A program made the position numbers and the translations under genes. The notes under the pieces were generated by a model. The model was not told the DNA's origin. It saw nothing but the letters and a program-made list of their open reading frames with translations, and searched no databases. A stretch of DNA of 63,330 bases, counting the filler, from Diploschistes diacapsis (Eukaryota): the NCBI GenBank assembly GCA_023645945.1. It is 26 parts of 26 records of this genome, joined end to end, with 100 filler letters (N's around TTAATTAATTAA, not from the genome) between each part and the next. Parts side by side here need not be neighbours in the genome. Positions count along the whole stretch, not along the records: positions 28,359 to 46,451 come from JALAIB010000425.1; positions 46,552 to 47,578 come from JALAIB010004250.1; positions 47,679 to 48,705 come from JALAIB010004251.1; positions 48,806 to 49,832 come from JALAIB010004252.1; positions 49,933 to 50,958 come from JALAIB010004253.1; positions 51,059 to 52,084 come from JALAIB010004254.1; 20 more parts are not named here. One strand, given 5' to 3'. Below, piece after piece: positions 38,316 to 51,870 of this stretch (the first letter of the stretch is position 1; each line of letters starts with the position of its first letter).

Positions 38316-39728
38316 TATTCAACATATGGAGATCCGATTTTCTTCCTTGGCATTGTCTATATTCTACAAAGACATTCCGATCCTGATCATGGCTCTTTAG
38401 CCCACCAACTCTCAGATAGTGGCGGCGTGGGAGCGGCGTGGCCTGACCTTAACCTCAACCCTGGTTCCTGTGCCTGTTACTGAATAAGCGATGGCTACAC
38501 TTTTGAAAGGCCTGGAGATCTTTGGTGCTGACTTAAATGAGTGAAGTTGCTGGGGTTGCCAATCTGCCGGGTGTGCTTCTGCGGCTTGGAAGCTTGGACA
38601 TTATTAGTTCACGCGTCTATAGGCTCTTAAGGCACTTCAAGGGGGTAGGATCGGCCTGGAAGAACTCACCAGCGCGGGCACCGAAGGCACGACGACAACC
38701 ACTCGCAATGCGAGCCTTCAATGATCTGAACCAGGCCTTTACTTTTGATGGCATATCTTCGACATTATGAGCTAAGGGAAGCATACAGAGCTCTCCAGGC
38801 ACATACTGAGCGTTTAAATTATGTGGCTGAACTTCTCGGGGTTAGCATGGGCACATGAAGAGCATTTGACCAGCTTACATTGAAGTTATTCAAGGGGGCT
38901 GTTCTGGTTTGGAGTAACCTAGATTAGCACAGGAACAAGAAAAAGCGTTAGGCAAACATACTGTGAGGTCGGTATTTATGGTGAAGATGTCAATGATGAA
39001 ACGAAGAGGAAAACGAAAGAGACGTGAGCCTACATATATACCGCCAGTCGGCCAATCAACCGCAAGACGAAGATCGCTTTAGGCACCGCATCTGGTCTGC
39101 TACCATCGTCCAATAGCGTGCAGCCGAGAGATTGAATGCACTATGGATCAAGGCCCTCCCTCTCACCCTGTGGCTTTCCAGGCGGTTCAACATTCATAGG
39201 CCATGGACTCCTTAGTTTCGTTATTGCAGCATCCATGGTCCAGAGCGTACACACTATCGACACATTAGCGACATCAAACACAAATGGAGGCTTCTACGGT
39301 ATCTGTTCTCGTGGCAAGTATCACTTACATGGCATAAGTGTGTTTCATAGTGGCCCTTTCCACTAGACATTCTGAAAACAAGAGGATCGGGCTACTTATA
39401 TATGCTGTTATATTAACATTGGAGAGAGAGTATATGCTCAATTATAGTACCAACTTTTAAGAATAGCTTAGTGGCATGGGACATCTCAGTCTAAAGGGCT
39501 GAAGAGTTTGTCTATTAAAAAGGGCAAACAATATGCTTTCTCGTATCCGATAATAGCCGCCTGTAGACGCTTGCCGCTAGCCGCTAGCCGACCTGCCGAC
39601 TTATCTTGCTTCACCGTCATCATCCGCTCTCTGTCGACATTTTTAAAACTTTGCTCAAGGCTGTAAAACTTCTTGCTGTGGCTCCATAAGAGCTTACAGC
39701 AAGGCCGCGCATTTGTGCGCATGGCAAC

Positions 39729-40932
39729 ATGGTGGTCGTTGTCAATCACGAGGAATACCTGAACCACGATTCATTGCATCAGCCGAAGCTGCTCCAACCG
39801 AGCATACTGAAAGCTACAGGCACAGGTTTCAAACCTTCAGGCAACAGCCCACAAGCACGCGATCCCAACGACAGCGGCTTCTCTGCAGTGCTAGCATGCT
39901 ATCCGTAAGCAGTGCAAGCACGCCCCTCGGGGTAATCCTAATCTTTCCAGCAGTGTTGTGGAAGAGTTGGCGAGATCTTTGGATCTGAATACACTCCATG
40001 ATCTTTCACGCACATGCCGATTGTTTCGCACGAACCTACTTCCATACCGGAAGCAGCTGATAGCGAAGGCCTTACGCTGCGTCAATGACAACTATGCTAA
40101 CAATCAAATCGAGTCTGCACCTCAGAATGGTCGGCGCGCCTGGCATGTTTATGGCTACAATATTGTTCGATCGCGGATGACAACCGGCAAGGTTGGGCCC
40201 TGCGCAACAGATATGGTGGGCGAGTGCCGAAGATGTGGGACCGTTGTTTGCAGGAACTGCACCATGAAGCCACCTTCGTCGACTGTATTTCCGAATAGAT
40301 TGCGCCGGTTATGTCCGAGCTGCAGCAAGGCTCCTCTCCAGGAGCTGATCTGTCCTCACATATCTACGAGCCGTCACGCCTTCACGTATAAGGCGTTCAT
40401 CAAAGAACCATGCTCGTGCACCGAGTTTGTCTACATCTGCCAGCCTTGTGGAGGAGCGATCGCCAGCGCCGACACTGACTACAAGCGCATCTGGGTTTGG
40501 CGGACACGGTATAGTACTTATCTCGGAGGGCTTGGCACAGGCATAGGGGAAGGGAATGAAGGAGTCCAATGTGCTTGCGGAGAGAGATGCCTAAGCGCGC
40601 GCAACATCGAGGTCGAGATGGACTGCGTCGACACTCCCGAAGAGGTGGACTCGAGACCGGGGTCACAGCAGTCTGGCACCAAGGGCGCTTTCAGTCATGA
40701 TATTGGCGGAGAGGTTGAAAAGGCGGGATACTTGAGGCAAGAAATGGAAGGCATTGGTGGAATTGTCAGAGGAAAATATAAGAAGATGGTCCGGGTTGGT
40801 CGAACGGTCAAAGAATATGAGGATGAAAGAGACACCGCAGAGTACCTCGGCAGAGAAGCGCGTCGAGAATGCAGAAGCTGGTGCGCTTGGTGCGATCGCG
40901 TGGTTCTTGGGAAGAAGGATAGAATTCTTTGA
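39729..40932 (+). CDS. F-box-like protein with Cys-rich C-terminal region (2 exons)
   Basis: ATG 39729 and intron 39905-39950 (GTAAGC..CTAAT..CAG) give CYPSVVEELARSLDLNTLHDLSRTCR (F-box-like); several CxxC pairs follow. Confidence 0.75.
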
Positions 40933-41734
40933 ACTTGAGAGCCGTCGCCCGCATCGGCTGTTACTTGTATGCCAGATAACAGGCCGGGTCATCTTATGAT
41001 CAAATAGACGCGCTAATCACCCCATGGCGGTAGCTTGGGGGCTATAGAGTTCTATCAATCTGCTATTGCTCCAAGAATAGACATAAGGATCCCGGCCTGA
41101 TATAGGTAAGGGCGAATTTCAATCACTTTGATGAAGCCGCGCTACTTTCACAGTCTTCTTCGTCCCCTTGCGTCGAAGGTTGCGCAAATTCCAATAAGAT
41201 GCTGAAGATGAAAATCTTGGACTTGATGCCATCTAAAATGGTTACTTGAAATTCGTACTTTGGAATCGGCTAAGCATTTTGCCCTCAGCAGCTTCCAATG
41301 TGAATGTTCTCAATTTCCACTAATCACTTGAGAATGTCATATGTTGACTGCGCAAGGCTTCAGACCTTGGTTGGATTCTTTGTGTTGCTTTGATATGAAA
41401 GTTATAGGTAGTCTCTTTGGCTGTTCTATTCTCGAACTCCCCGTATTCCCAATCGCGTGCGCTCTTAACTTGAGGCTTTGAGGGTACCTTCACATAGTTG
41501 CGAACACAGGATCTCTTATGAGACTACTCGGAAACAGAGTTTCCACCAAGGAGATTTCACACCTGGCGGTTCATACGCTCTTCTCCCAACCGGTGAAGGA
41601 AACGAATAAGCTTGATAGTCACAGATGATGAGATGCGGAGTACTAGCACCTTCATCCCGGTCCGGCTCCAGCAATGTCAAGTTCCAGTAGGTTCTTCATG
41701 ACTCCCTTCGTTATTGTCTTCTATTGTGTTGGAC

Positions 41735-42965
41735 ATAAAGGCCTGCCTGACGCTGTTGGCCACTATAGCCGCTGTGGTGGCTGCGGCCCTAGCTGCCAAC
41801 CCAGCCTGGGTCCAATGCCTACCAACGCCTGCTATCGGCGACGCTTTAGGAAAGCGAGCAGGTTCTTGCACCTCCACCGCTGCTTCTGCAGCCTCTGCTT
41901 CGAAGAATGCCTGCTCCACCATTGTACTTGACAATATCGCCGTACCCTCAGGTACCACACTGGACCTGACTGACCTGACTGCGGATACCCATGTATGTTG
42001 CAAAGGAAAAATGGAACAAACCTTCGTGATATGCATCTGCTTATCTTTGAGGGCACCACCACATTCGGCTACGAGGAATTGGGACGGCCCGCTCGTTCCT
42101 GTCTCCGGAACCGGAATCCAGATTTCTGGTGCTAGCGGGCATATTCTGGACGGTGGAGGAGCCAAGTGGTGGGATGGCAAAGGAAGCAACGGTGGAAAAA
42201 CCAAGCCTAAATTCTTGTATGCGCGTAGATTGACCTCTCCCTCTCCCTCGATCACCGGACTTAATTTCATGAGCACGCCGGTTCAGCGCTTTTCGGTCGA
42301 CAGTGCCACCAAATCTCGAATTTATCGACGTCACCATTGATGACTCTGCTGGCAATGCCAACGGTCTTACCACAATTCAGAGCTTTTGACGTTGGCAGCA
42401 GCACATGTGTTACCATTTCAGGTGCCAAGGTCACAAACCAGGATGACTGCCTGGCCATCAACTCTGGCACCGTGAGTCTTGCCTTGATACCGAGTCGCTA
42501 GGGCTTCAATGGGCACTGAACATTCTCGTTAGGACACCACTTTCACTGGCTGCATCTGCTCTGGCAGCCACTGGCTCAGCATCGGCTCCATCGGCGGTCG
42601 CAGCGACAACACGGCCGAGAACATCTTGATCGAGAACTCGACGGAGAGAAGGGCGAGAACGGGATCCGTATGGAGACCATCTCGCCACATTCTCCGGCAT
42701 CACTCTGTCGGGCATCACCGACTACGGCATCGTCTTCGAACAGGATTACGAGAACGGCAGCCCCACCGGTACGCCTACCGCCGGTGTTCCCATCACCGAC
42801 ATCACTGTTTCCAACGTCAAGGGCTCCGTGGCGTCAGGCGCGAAGGAGATTTACATCCTGTGTGCGAGCGGGGCTTGCAGCGACTGGGCTTGGTCCGATG
42901 TCAGCGTTACGAGGAGCAAGAAGAGCACCAAATGTGAGAACGTCCCGACTGGTGCTCCCTGTTGA
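41735..42965 (+). pseudogene. GH28 endopolygalacturonase pseudogene
   Basis: WWDGKGSNGGKTKPKF and [11 protein letters not shown] are intact. Probable start is ATA, there are several frameshifts, and catalytic motifs are altered (NTD->NSE-like, GHG->SHW, RIK->RME); ends GAPC*. Confidence 0.88.
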
Positions 42966-45223
42966 GGAGTAGGAGGGCGGTGGTAGGGCGTAGGATGCAG
43001 GACGTAGGCAACCTAGTAATGGGTTGTATATTTTAAAGTGATAGCCAAGATATGGCTATCTGTTGGCAGAGTCTCATCGCGCTTCATGAATCTTATTCAT
43101 CGTATGTAGATAGCAGGTAAGCTGCGTTGCATGCAGTTCATTATTGGTTGCCTTAGCGGCCGGGCATTCTGGAAGGCTTACCCGAGGATAAGAATGCAAA
43201 AGAATGCATGCTGGGTTGCAAAGCCTATACTACCTATAGCATTGGATAATCATTGTGAATTGGCTGATGATTATAGCAGAGAAAAAGAGCACTATCTAGT
43301 AACGCCGCGGAGCTAAGGTGAGCGGAGTACGACGGACTGCCTCCTAACCCATTACTACTCCTAGACTACTTCTTTACAACATACAATCTGCGATTCTCTG
43401 ACTTGCGCTCTTTTTACGCTGCAAAGGCCTCAAATGCGCATTCCAATTTCCAATGGCCCATCGTGGCATTGCCGCAAGGCTACCGCGCTATCGATAACTA
43501 TAACTTTACTGCTGTCGAGGCAAAAGCTAGTTAAGTTGCCTCACGCCTTCCAAGACGCCCTCTCTACCAAGGCTGTGCCCCCTCTTTGGAGTCCTATTCT
43601 CTTATTACTTTGAAAACAAAGTGTTGCTGGTCGTGCTTTTGGCTTCAGGGTTATGCATAAACTGTACTACGCCGGATGGTCTGGTCGCCAGCTGCCACAA
43701 GCTGCCAATTCGCTCCTCCGCATTTGCAGGTGTATCGAGACATAGCCCGTTACCATCTACCAATTGCCACGTCCAGCACGCTCATCCTCGTCGCTTCATT
43801 ACAGCCCGTCTCAGTGTGGCTTTATCCATTCATGCATTGTTCTACCGCCCGAGAGAAATGGGGGCACTTCCGCTCAATTCGTTGCTTCTCTCGAATTGGC
43901 TTTGTCCAACCATGATAGCCTCCTTGCAACGGCGTCCTGAATAAAAGAAGGCGCAATGCCCCGAAAGCTTACCTGCTCTTATTGTCTTGGGCACTTTTGA
44001 TTTGGAGCCGCAAAAAAATCCTGTTGATTCTGAAAATTGTTTCCTGCCCTACGATGTCATTCCGTCGCATTTCATATGCTCAAGGCCCAGATGGCAGCCA
44101 GGGGTATTCCCGATGCCAGAAGAGGAAATTCAACCCAGCGCCTTCAGGAATCTTTCCTACATTTCCTTTTCGAAGTGTACTTGAGAGCAATGCGGTAGCC
44201 GCTTACGTCTGCCGTCTCTGTGCTTAGCTCTGTACGCTGGTAATGCGAGAGGGCAAAAACCAAGCGGAGAGGGCGGTAGAGGGCGCGCAGCCAATCAGCG
44301 AATGGCAGTCACAATCCAAGTGAGGCAAGCTTCTGGAACTTTTGATATTCAGGCTCATGATAAGGCAGAGGGCGGCCCAAGCTTCTAAAGCTTCATCGCT
44401 CCGTTCCTTTCAACTACGCTGCTACTACTTTTAGTTTTTGGCATTCCCACTACGGAGGCCATACACCCCTTCCAGCTTCTCATTCTTCGGGCACATCATT
44501 CAATTCCTCTTTTCTTCGCCTTCAATTGACACTGCCACGCTCATCTGCTTTTTAACAGAGGCCCCAATCGTCTCCAGCCAGAAGACACTATCCTCCCTCC
44601 CTGGTACCGCGTTGTCTTGAGGTAGTACGAGAACAGCTATCACATGCTTCAGCTTCATTACAGTCACCTCACCATTGCCTGAGCACACCAGCCTTGAAAA
44701 CCAGCTCTATCAGCCACTATCGACCGTTGTGAATGAGCCCTACCTTTATCCGGGCCGTTGAAGCGCCACAGTCGTGGTCAATCCTAGCGAGGCTTCCATT
44801 CGCAGTAAGTTGTGCAAATTGTATCTGGATCTACCATTGGTCTCTTGCAGATATCCTCAGTGCATCTTTGGGGTTACTACATTCTAAAAGTTCGATCTCG
44901 ATTATGATGTTCATTGGCCCTACGTTTGGTCCTAGGTTGATGTTGCCTCCTAGTATCTCTGTCCAAGGGCCATCACTATTTACCCGTCATTGCCTCACTT
45001 TCCCGGTCTCCTAATCTGCGTCGAAGACTTTTATTCGCCCATCAATGTTCGAGGTGGTGGTTCTCGAGCTTTCTGCATTCATTGCTCTGTACATAAAGTC
45101 CTTTTCGCCCATCGTTGTCTACAAGACAAGCAACTCGTTTGTTCATGCTCGTTGACTGAATCTCTAGACCCTCGAGTTCTTGTGTGCCAACCCAGTCGAT
45201 TTCGCGCCATCCGGGACTCAGAC

Positions 45224-45893
45224 ATGAATCCCTTTACTTGCTATGTAAGCGGAGCCACAAGCTTAGTGCAAGCGGCCTATCGGAGCTCACATGATTTTGG
45301 TAGCAATGTGGATATCCAGCTAGCTATTGCCAATGCTACCCCTGCCCTTTGCCGACCGGCAGCCATGAAATGACCCCGACTTCTTCGTCAGATAGCAATC
45401 GGTCGAGGAACCCATCTTCGCCTGCCCACGTTGGACAGTACCCAGCGCAATATGTGAATCCTAGGGACCTTCAACTCTCTGCGTCTCGAGACGAGACTGC
45501 TCATCAGCCGACCAGCGCACGTACGCATCGGGCATCCTCGTCCTCGTCCAGATCTACGAAGTGAGTACTACCGAATCAGATGCAGCGTTCTTGCCTCCTC
45601 GTCCAGTATATAATACCATCATTACGAAAGGAACATTGACGTATTCTAGGGACGGGAATCGATACACCTGTCTCAGGCCAGGGTGCCCAAGTAGCTTCTC
45701 GCGCTTGACGGATCTGAAACGGCATCTGAACAGTATCCACAATGCGGACAAAAACAGGCAAGACTGCCCTTACCGATGGTGTGGGCGTATTGGAGAGCAT
45801 GGTTTCACCCGTCCAGACCACTTGAAAGAGCATATAAGGGAGGTGCACAAAGCGGACCCCGCTCAAGCGAAGACGGCCTCGCGTCAACGATGA
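45224..45893 (+). CDS. Small C2H2 zinc-finger protein (3 exons)
   Basis: Exons 45224-45244, 45304-45560 and 45650-45893 with GT-AG introns; two fingers CLRPGC..FSRLTDLKRHLNSIH and CPYRWC..FTRPDHLKEHIREVH. Confidence 0.75.
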
Positions 45894-48147
45894 TTTTCAC
45901 ACATCAGCATGCTCTTACGTTGCCACCCTCTTTCCCGCTCGAGAGCCATTCCTCTTGGACCCATCACTCTTCCTCGAACTTTCCCGACTCGGTTCCGGCG
46001 TTGCGGCGTTCAAAAGGTCTCGGAATTATCCTGGGTTGGGCCCCGTTTCGATCCCTTTACACCTTCGTTCGACTTGAGCGCAAACCCCCTTTTTTTTTTC
46101 TCTCTTCATTCCAGCCAACCTTGGGGCCCATCTCGCGGCGCACGTAGTCTCTCTCGGAGGATCCACAGCACTTCGACAAAATTATGCAACAGTTACAGCC
46201 CCTTACGTGCAGGCGATCAGAAAGAATTCGGCAGCAACACCCACCAGCCCAGCCGACCAACCGGCCGGCGTACGACGACGCATAGCATAGCCCGCGGCGG
46301 CACGAATCACGACCTCCTACCTTAACGACCCATGCGATGACGACGTTCAGAATAATTAGACTCGAGTTCAGTTCTTTGCCGTTGTTTAGGGATTTTCTTT
46401 CAATAGAGGAAGGGGGGGGGGTTACAGCGCACTTGGAGCATCTTGCTAGGANNNNNNNNNNNNNNNNNNNNNNNNNNNNNNNNNNNNNNNNNNNNTTAAT
46501 TAATTAANNNNNNNNNNNNNNNNNNNNNNNNNNNNNNNNNNNNNNNNNNNNGATAAAGATACGATAGAAATTGGGAATATCTTTAGATAGTTATCGCCCT
46601 TCTATCCTACCGTGATTCTAGAGAGTAAGATGTAGAAAAATAGGTTCAGGAACACTATTACGTCTAAAAGCACAATTACGTCGAGGAGGGAATATTAAGA
46701 ATAATAAACTTCGAGGTCTTTCGATTGCCTGGAAGATATAAAACTATATTAAGATATAAATAGCCGGATAGAGGTTTTTTATTAATAAGATCTGTATAAA
46801 GTTCGCTATAAGACAACGAACTATCGAAAGAAAGGTCGTATATAAATAATAATATAGGCTATAAACTTGATAAAGGTGGGTCTCTTCAGGGCAGTTTTAT
46901 TTAAGGAGGCCTGCTAGATAGCTCTAGACAATTCATGCATTCTACACCTCACAAATGTCCTATCTAGGTATGCTGTTGACTACGAAATCACACTAAATTC
47001 CCCTACTACACCACCTACGACTATCTACCTACTACAGCAAGGGAAGTCTCCCTAGACAGCGCGCCTTGTGTTTATACTAGTAGAAAGGATCAAAAAAGAA
47101 AAAGAAAATCTATAATACTTCCGACTCTTAAAGAATCAACCGAGATCCCAACGGTTAAAAAATACGATTTAAAAAACGAATCGATAATTAAAAAATAATC
47201 CATAAAATATCCCGCGTTACGGTAGTTATTTATATTAAAAACCTTTAAGGGATTCAATACTAGCGAAAAACCAATACGAAGAGGATCCTAGAAGGACCCC
47301 CGCGATAAACTTAAACGACGAATATCTTCGTTTAAAGATCCGATAAAAAAATTAATTAATTAAAACAATATTATCGAGAACGTGATAGATTTATAATTAT
47401 AAAAATAAATAAAAAAGATTTATTAACGAATTAAAAATAAATTAATAAAATTAATAAAATTAATACATATTTACGTAATAACCGTCGAAAAAACGAATCA
47501 ATAAAATAATCGAAAGATTCAACGATTTTAATAATAATTTGAAAAAGATTTAATTAAAAAAAACGAACTAAAATAATTNNNNNNNNNNNNNNNNNNNNNN
47601 NNNNNNNNNNNNNNNNNNNNNNTTAATTAATTAANNNNNNNNNNNNNNNNNNNNNNNNNNNNNNNNNNNNNNNNNNNNTTATAATATCCGTGTCCGTGTT
47701 TTCACTGCAGTATAATGTCCGTGTCAATATCCGTGTTTTAAAATTTTAGCTGTCGTGTCCGTGTCAGTATCCGTGTTTTAAAAATTTTTGCTGCAGTGTC
47801 CGTGTCAGTGACCGTGGCACGAAACGGCCAGCCTAGGTTTTTTATTCATCACGTAACCAATGTTACCATAATCAGATTATATACAAGAAGTGATTGGGTT
47901 AGACCCGATCAGCTGTGAAGTGCCAAATGGACTACCACCTAGTCACTTGGATCGTAACACACATTCGTCAAAATCGTATAATCTAAATATTTCCCATCCT
48001 TAATGATAACAGCTTTCTATCGAAAATATTCTGTTTTATTAATAATACGGTTATTAACACGAAACTCGTACGATACGTCTTTATTCGAATTGTTGTATAA
48101 AGGTTTTTAAATATTCGTTTTAACATTAGAGATTAAATCGCATGTTT

Positions 48148-48534
48148 TAGGCTGGCCGTTACTGACACTGACACGGCCGTGTCAGTGACACGGACACTAA
48201 CAGTATCAGTATCCGTATTTTAGATTTTTTAACTGCGATGTCCGTGTCCGTGGATTTACGGAAATACAGTATCCGTATTAATATTAATATTTTAAATTTT
48301 TTAATTATAATGTCCGTGTCCGTGCTTTTATTATAATATAATATCCGTGTCAATATCCGTGCCGAGAAATTTTTTACTACGATATCCGTGTTCGTGCTTT
48401 TATTATAGTATAATATCCGTGTTAGTATCCGTGCCGAGAAAATTTTTTTTACGGTGTCCGTGTTAGTATCCGTGTTTTAAAAATTTTTGCTATAGTGTCC
48501 GTGTCAGTGACCGTGGCACGAAACGGCCAGCCTA
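48148..48534 (-). mobile_element. Complete MITE (387 bp), TIR TAGGCTGGCCGT
   Basis: Both 12-bp TIRs present; internal ACACGGACAC modules. Confidence 0.85.
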
Positions 48535-48899
48535 ATTAGAAGTAATCGTATTATAATCTTTAAAAATCGAAATTCGTATAAAGGAAATTAATATATCTAA
48601 AAATTAAAATCGTACGAAAGAAATCGAATTACGCGTACGACGTTATAATAAATATAATTAGTCCGGGTATAATACGCGAATTTACGAAATAAAATCTATA
48701 GCTTTNNNNNNNNNNNNNNNNNNNNNNNNNNNNNNNNNNNNNNNNNNNNTTAATTAATTAANNNNNNNNNNNNNNNNNNNNNNNNNNNNNNNNNNNNNNN
48801 NNNNNCATTAAAGCGTTAAATAAGATATTTAAAAAAGATATTTATTTAATATTTAATTAAATAGATATTTTGAACGATCTTAAAGGAGCAGTCTTTATT

Positions 48900-49181
48900 A
48901 TAATAATAAATATAATTAAATTCTTTTATTAATTTTAAATAAAACTAAAATACCGTTATAGATTAACCGTCGTCACGTATCGTGGCTAAAAAACTTTTTA
49001 AGTACCGGTAATAAGTTATATTAATATTCCGGCCTACGTCCAGCGTTAAATGAATAATTTATTACGCGATTTGAAAACTTTCTACCGAGCATATTAAGAT
49101 AACATTATGATTTATAATATTATTTTCGTCGAGTATCTCGACCATCTCCACCGAGTCTTTATCAAGTTTAACGGCATTAAT
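48900..49181 (+). pseudogene. RIPed Gypsy reverse transcriptase fragment
   Basis: RLTVVTYRG..PAYVQR*MNNLLRD..RAY*DNIMIY..HLHRVF, a degenerate YxDD region. Confidence 0.75.
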
Positions 49182-49756
49182 TAGGCTGGCCGTTTCGTGC
49201 CAGGGTCACTGACACGGACACTGCAGCAAAAATTTTCAAAACACGGACACTGACACGGACACGATAGCTAAAATTTTAAAACACGGACACTAACACGGAC
49301 ACTACACTGCAATAAAAGCACGGACACGGACACTACAATTAAAAATTTTAAAATATTAACATTAACACGAACACTACATTTCCGTAAATCCACCGAAACA
49401 CTACGATGAATCCACCGAAATATTACAATGAAATTTTTTTAAAAAAATAAAAACGTAAGAAATAGGCGTAATAATTCTAGAATTATTAAAATTAAAAAAA
49501 TAATTTAAAATATTTCGGTAAATGCACGGACACGGACACCGTAATAAAAAATTTTTTAATACGAATACTGACACGGACACTACACTGTAATAAAAGCACG
49601 AACACGGATACTACAATTAAAAATTTTAAAACATTGATACTAACACGGACACTGCACTTCCGTGAATCCACGGACACGGACACCGCAGCTAAAACATCTA
49701 AAACACGGACACTGACACTGTCAGTGTCCGTGTCAGTGTCAGTGACGGCCAGCCTA
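49182..49756 (+). mobile_element. Complete MITE (575 bp), TIR TAGGCTGGCCGT
   Basis: Both TIRs present; partial copies end or start at 18446, 22002, 24642, 27782, 47835, 55163, 58024 and 60630. Confidence 0.88.
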
Positions 49757-50499
49757 TTATAGAACGATAATTCAATATAATAATAATTTAATATAATAAG
49801 AAACAATACGCGCCCGAATATATCTATAATATNNNNNNNNNNNNNNNNNNNNNNNNNNNNNNNNNNNNNNNNNNNNTTAATTAATTAANNNNNNNNNNNN
49901 NNNNNNNNNNNNNNNNNNNNNNNNNNNNNNNNATTAATTAATATTAGTGGTATCGGATTTAACGGGATTAAACAGGTACTATATATTATCGCGAAAATAT
50001 TAAAAATAACGTATTATATATTACGTAAGCGTTAGTATTCGCGGCGTGAAAGCTTTAGCGAATTTTCAACGCTAGTTATCCGACGCTAAATTAACGGATT
50101 TTTTAATATTTTTTTCGAAAAAATATTTTTTTTAAAATATTAAAAAAATGCTTTTTTATTTTTTGATTAAGTAATAAAAATGATTGGCCTCGCCATCTTC
50201 GCCGGTTTCGCCAGAAATTTTTTTTTGCTTGAAAAACTTTTCGTGATGTTGGCCTCGTATAACTAAACAGAAAAGCGTTTTATCATCTCTTCGTTACTTT
50301 CCTCCTCGAAATCTTTAGACCTAAATCCAGCATTAATTATATTATAGGCTGGCATCTAATATAAGGACCTAATTTAGATCTATTATAGAGGACGAGTGTT
50401 CGAAGGGGTTTTATTCCTATAAATCTTTTTTCAATTATTAATCTAAAACATGAGTTTTTTTATCATCGTGTTTTGGCCATATAGATTAATCTGTTGTAT

Positions 50500-50700
50500 T
50501 TATGGATGGTTATTCGGACCAACGAAGATCTTATTTTTTTATATATGGATGTCCCTATTCTAAAAAAGCGGCTGTAATAGTAGACAACGTATCTTATAAT
50601 AACCATCTTCCTGGCAAAAGTAACAGATTGTAGGACCTTGATTAAACATAACATCCTAGGATTATCTATTCTGATTAGATTAAGTTAAAGAAGAACGAGT
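50500..50700 (-). pseudogene. Retrotransposon gag zinc-knuckle relic
   Basis: Minus strand reads ICYFCQEDGYYKIRC, a RIPed CX2CX4HX4C knuckle. Confidence 0.55.
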
Positions 50701-51149
50701 TGTTTAAGGCTGATAAGGCCTAACGGGTGCTAAATAAGGCGCGTTAGGAACAGAGGGCCGATATAGATCGATAATAACAGACGTATGATTGATTTACGCG
50801 TCCAGAATCATGTTTTTAAAATCTTTTATTATTTCTTTTTTCTTTCTTTTAAATATGTTTTTATTCTTTTTTATAAATTTATCCATAAGATTTTCAGAAA
50901 AATCCTTTAAATTATTTATAAGTTCTATATTATTAATTTTATTTTTTTTATCTTTTAGNNNNNNNNNNNNNNNNNNNNNNNNNNNNNNNNNNNNNNNNNN
51001 NNTTAATTAATTAANNNNNNNNNNNNNNNNNNNNNNNNNNNNNNNNNNNNNNNNNNNNGCTGACATGTTTCCACCACTTCACCACCACAACAAGCCCCAC
51101 GCTCCCCGCTCCCCAGTGGCGCCAAACACCCACAGCCCCCAACAACGCA

Positions 51150-51870
51150 CTACCGGCAGACGGACGTCGTCCGCCACGCGCTGCGGCGGCGACGGCTGAT
51201 GCGCGGCCTGCTGGCCCTCTCCGCGAGCCATCTGGCCGCGCTTGCGGACGACGACGCAGCGATCAAGCGGGGCCACCGCGAGCGATCGGCGCGGTTCTTT
51301 CCGGGATTCTCTGCTGGATGCGAGGAGGGGAGGAAGCGTGATTCGGGTGCGGTGGCGAAGGAGGAGGAGGAGGAGGAGGCGACGAAGGCAGGCGGGCGGA
51401 TAGGATTGGTGCTGCTGCAATGTGCACGCCGGACTGTTGGCCGACCGCACACCCGATGTGGAAGGAATCAAGCCGGAGCCAGCGGATTCTTCTTCCCAAC
51501 TGCAGCCCATCATGGCGCCCCTCCGAGACCCTCACCGGTGCCTGCTCTGCGCCCCGCCCTTCGGTCGCTCGGGGACACCGCCGGCGCCGAAGATGGCGCC
51601 AATCCAGCGGAACCATCCGCCCAAGCGACGCGATTCCTTCAAACTCATAACCACAACTCACCGCTAGACGCAGAACCCCTCAACGCATCCTCCTCCTCCT
51701 CCGCCCTCGGCTCGGCCAAGCTGGAAACCGCATGCCGCGCCATGCCGCGTCGTCGCTCGTCAAAGTCCCGCCGCGCTTGAGCGATATGCTGGCGCGGCAC
51801 GACCCGGCTGCTCTGGCGGTGCGGGGCGCTGAGGAACGGGGTGGTGGATGTTGGTTCCCGAGAGGCGCGT
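51150..51870 (+). pseudogene. Degenerate fungal-specific TF domain (Upc2/Zn2Cys6-associated type) fragment
   Basis: RWLMRGLLALSASHLA resembles the FLMHxILALSAxHLA motif, with LARHDPAALAV downstream in another frame; frames disrupted, contig ends truncated. Confidence 0.45.

Noticed and set aside
28359..46451. Possible Starship or secondary-metabolite cluster
   Set aside because: No DUF3435 tyrosine recombinase, PKS/NRPS or cargo signature; the genes are ordinary housekeeping genes
49182..49756. ACACGGACAC motifs with spacers resembling a CRISPR array
   Set aside because: Repeats are too short, the spacers are themselves repeated, the array is bounded by TIRs, the context is eukaryotic and no cas genes are present
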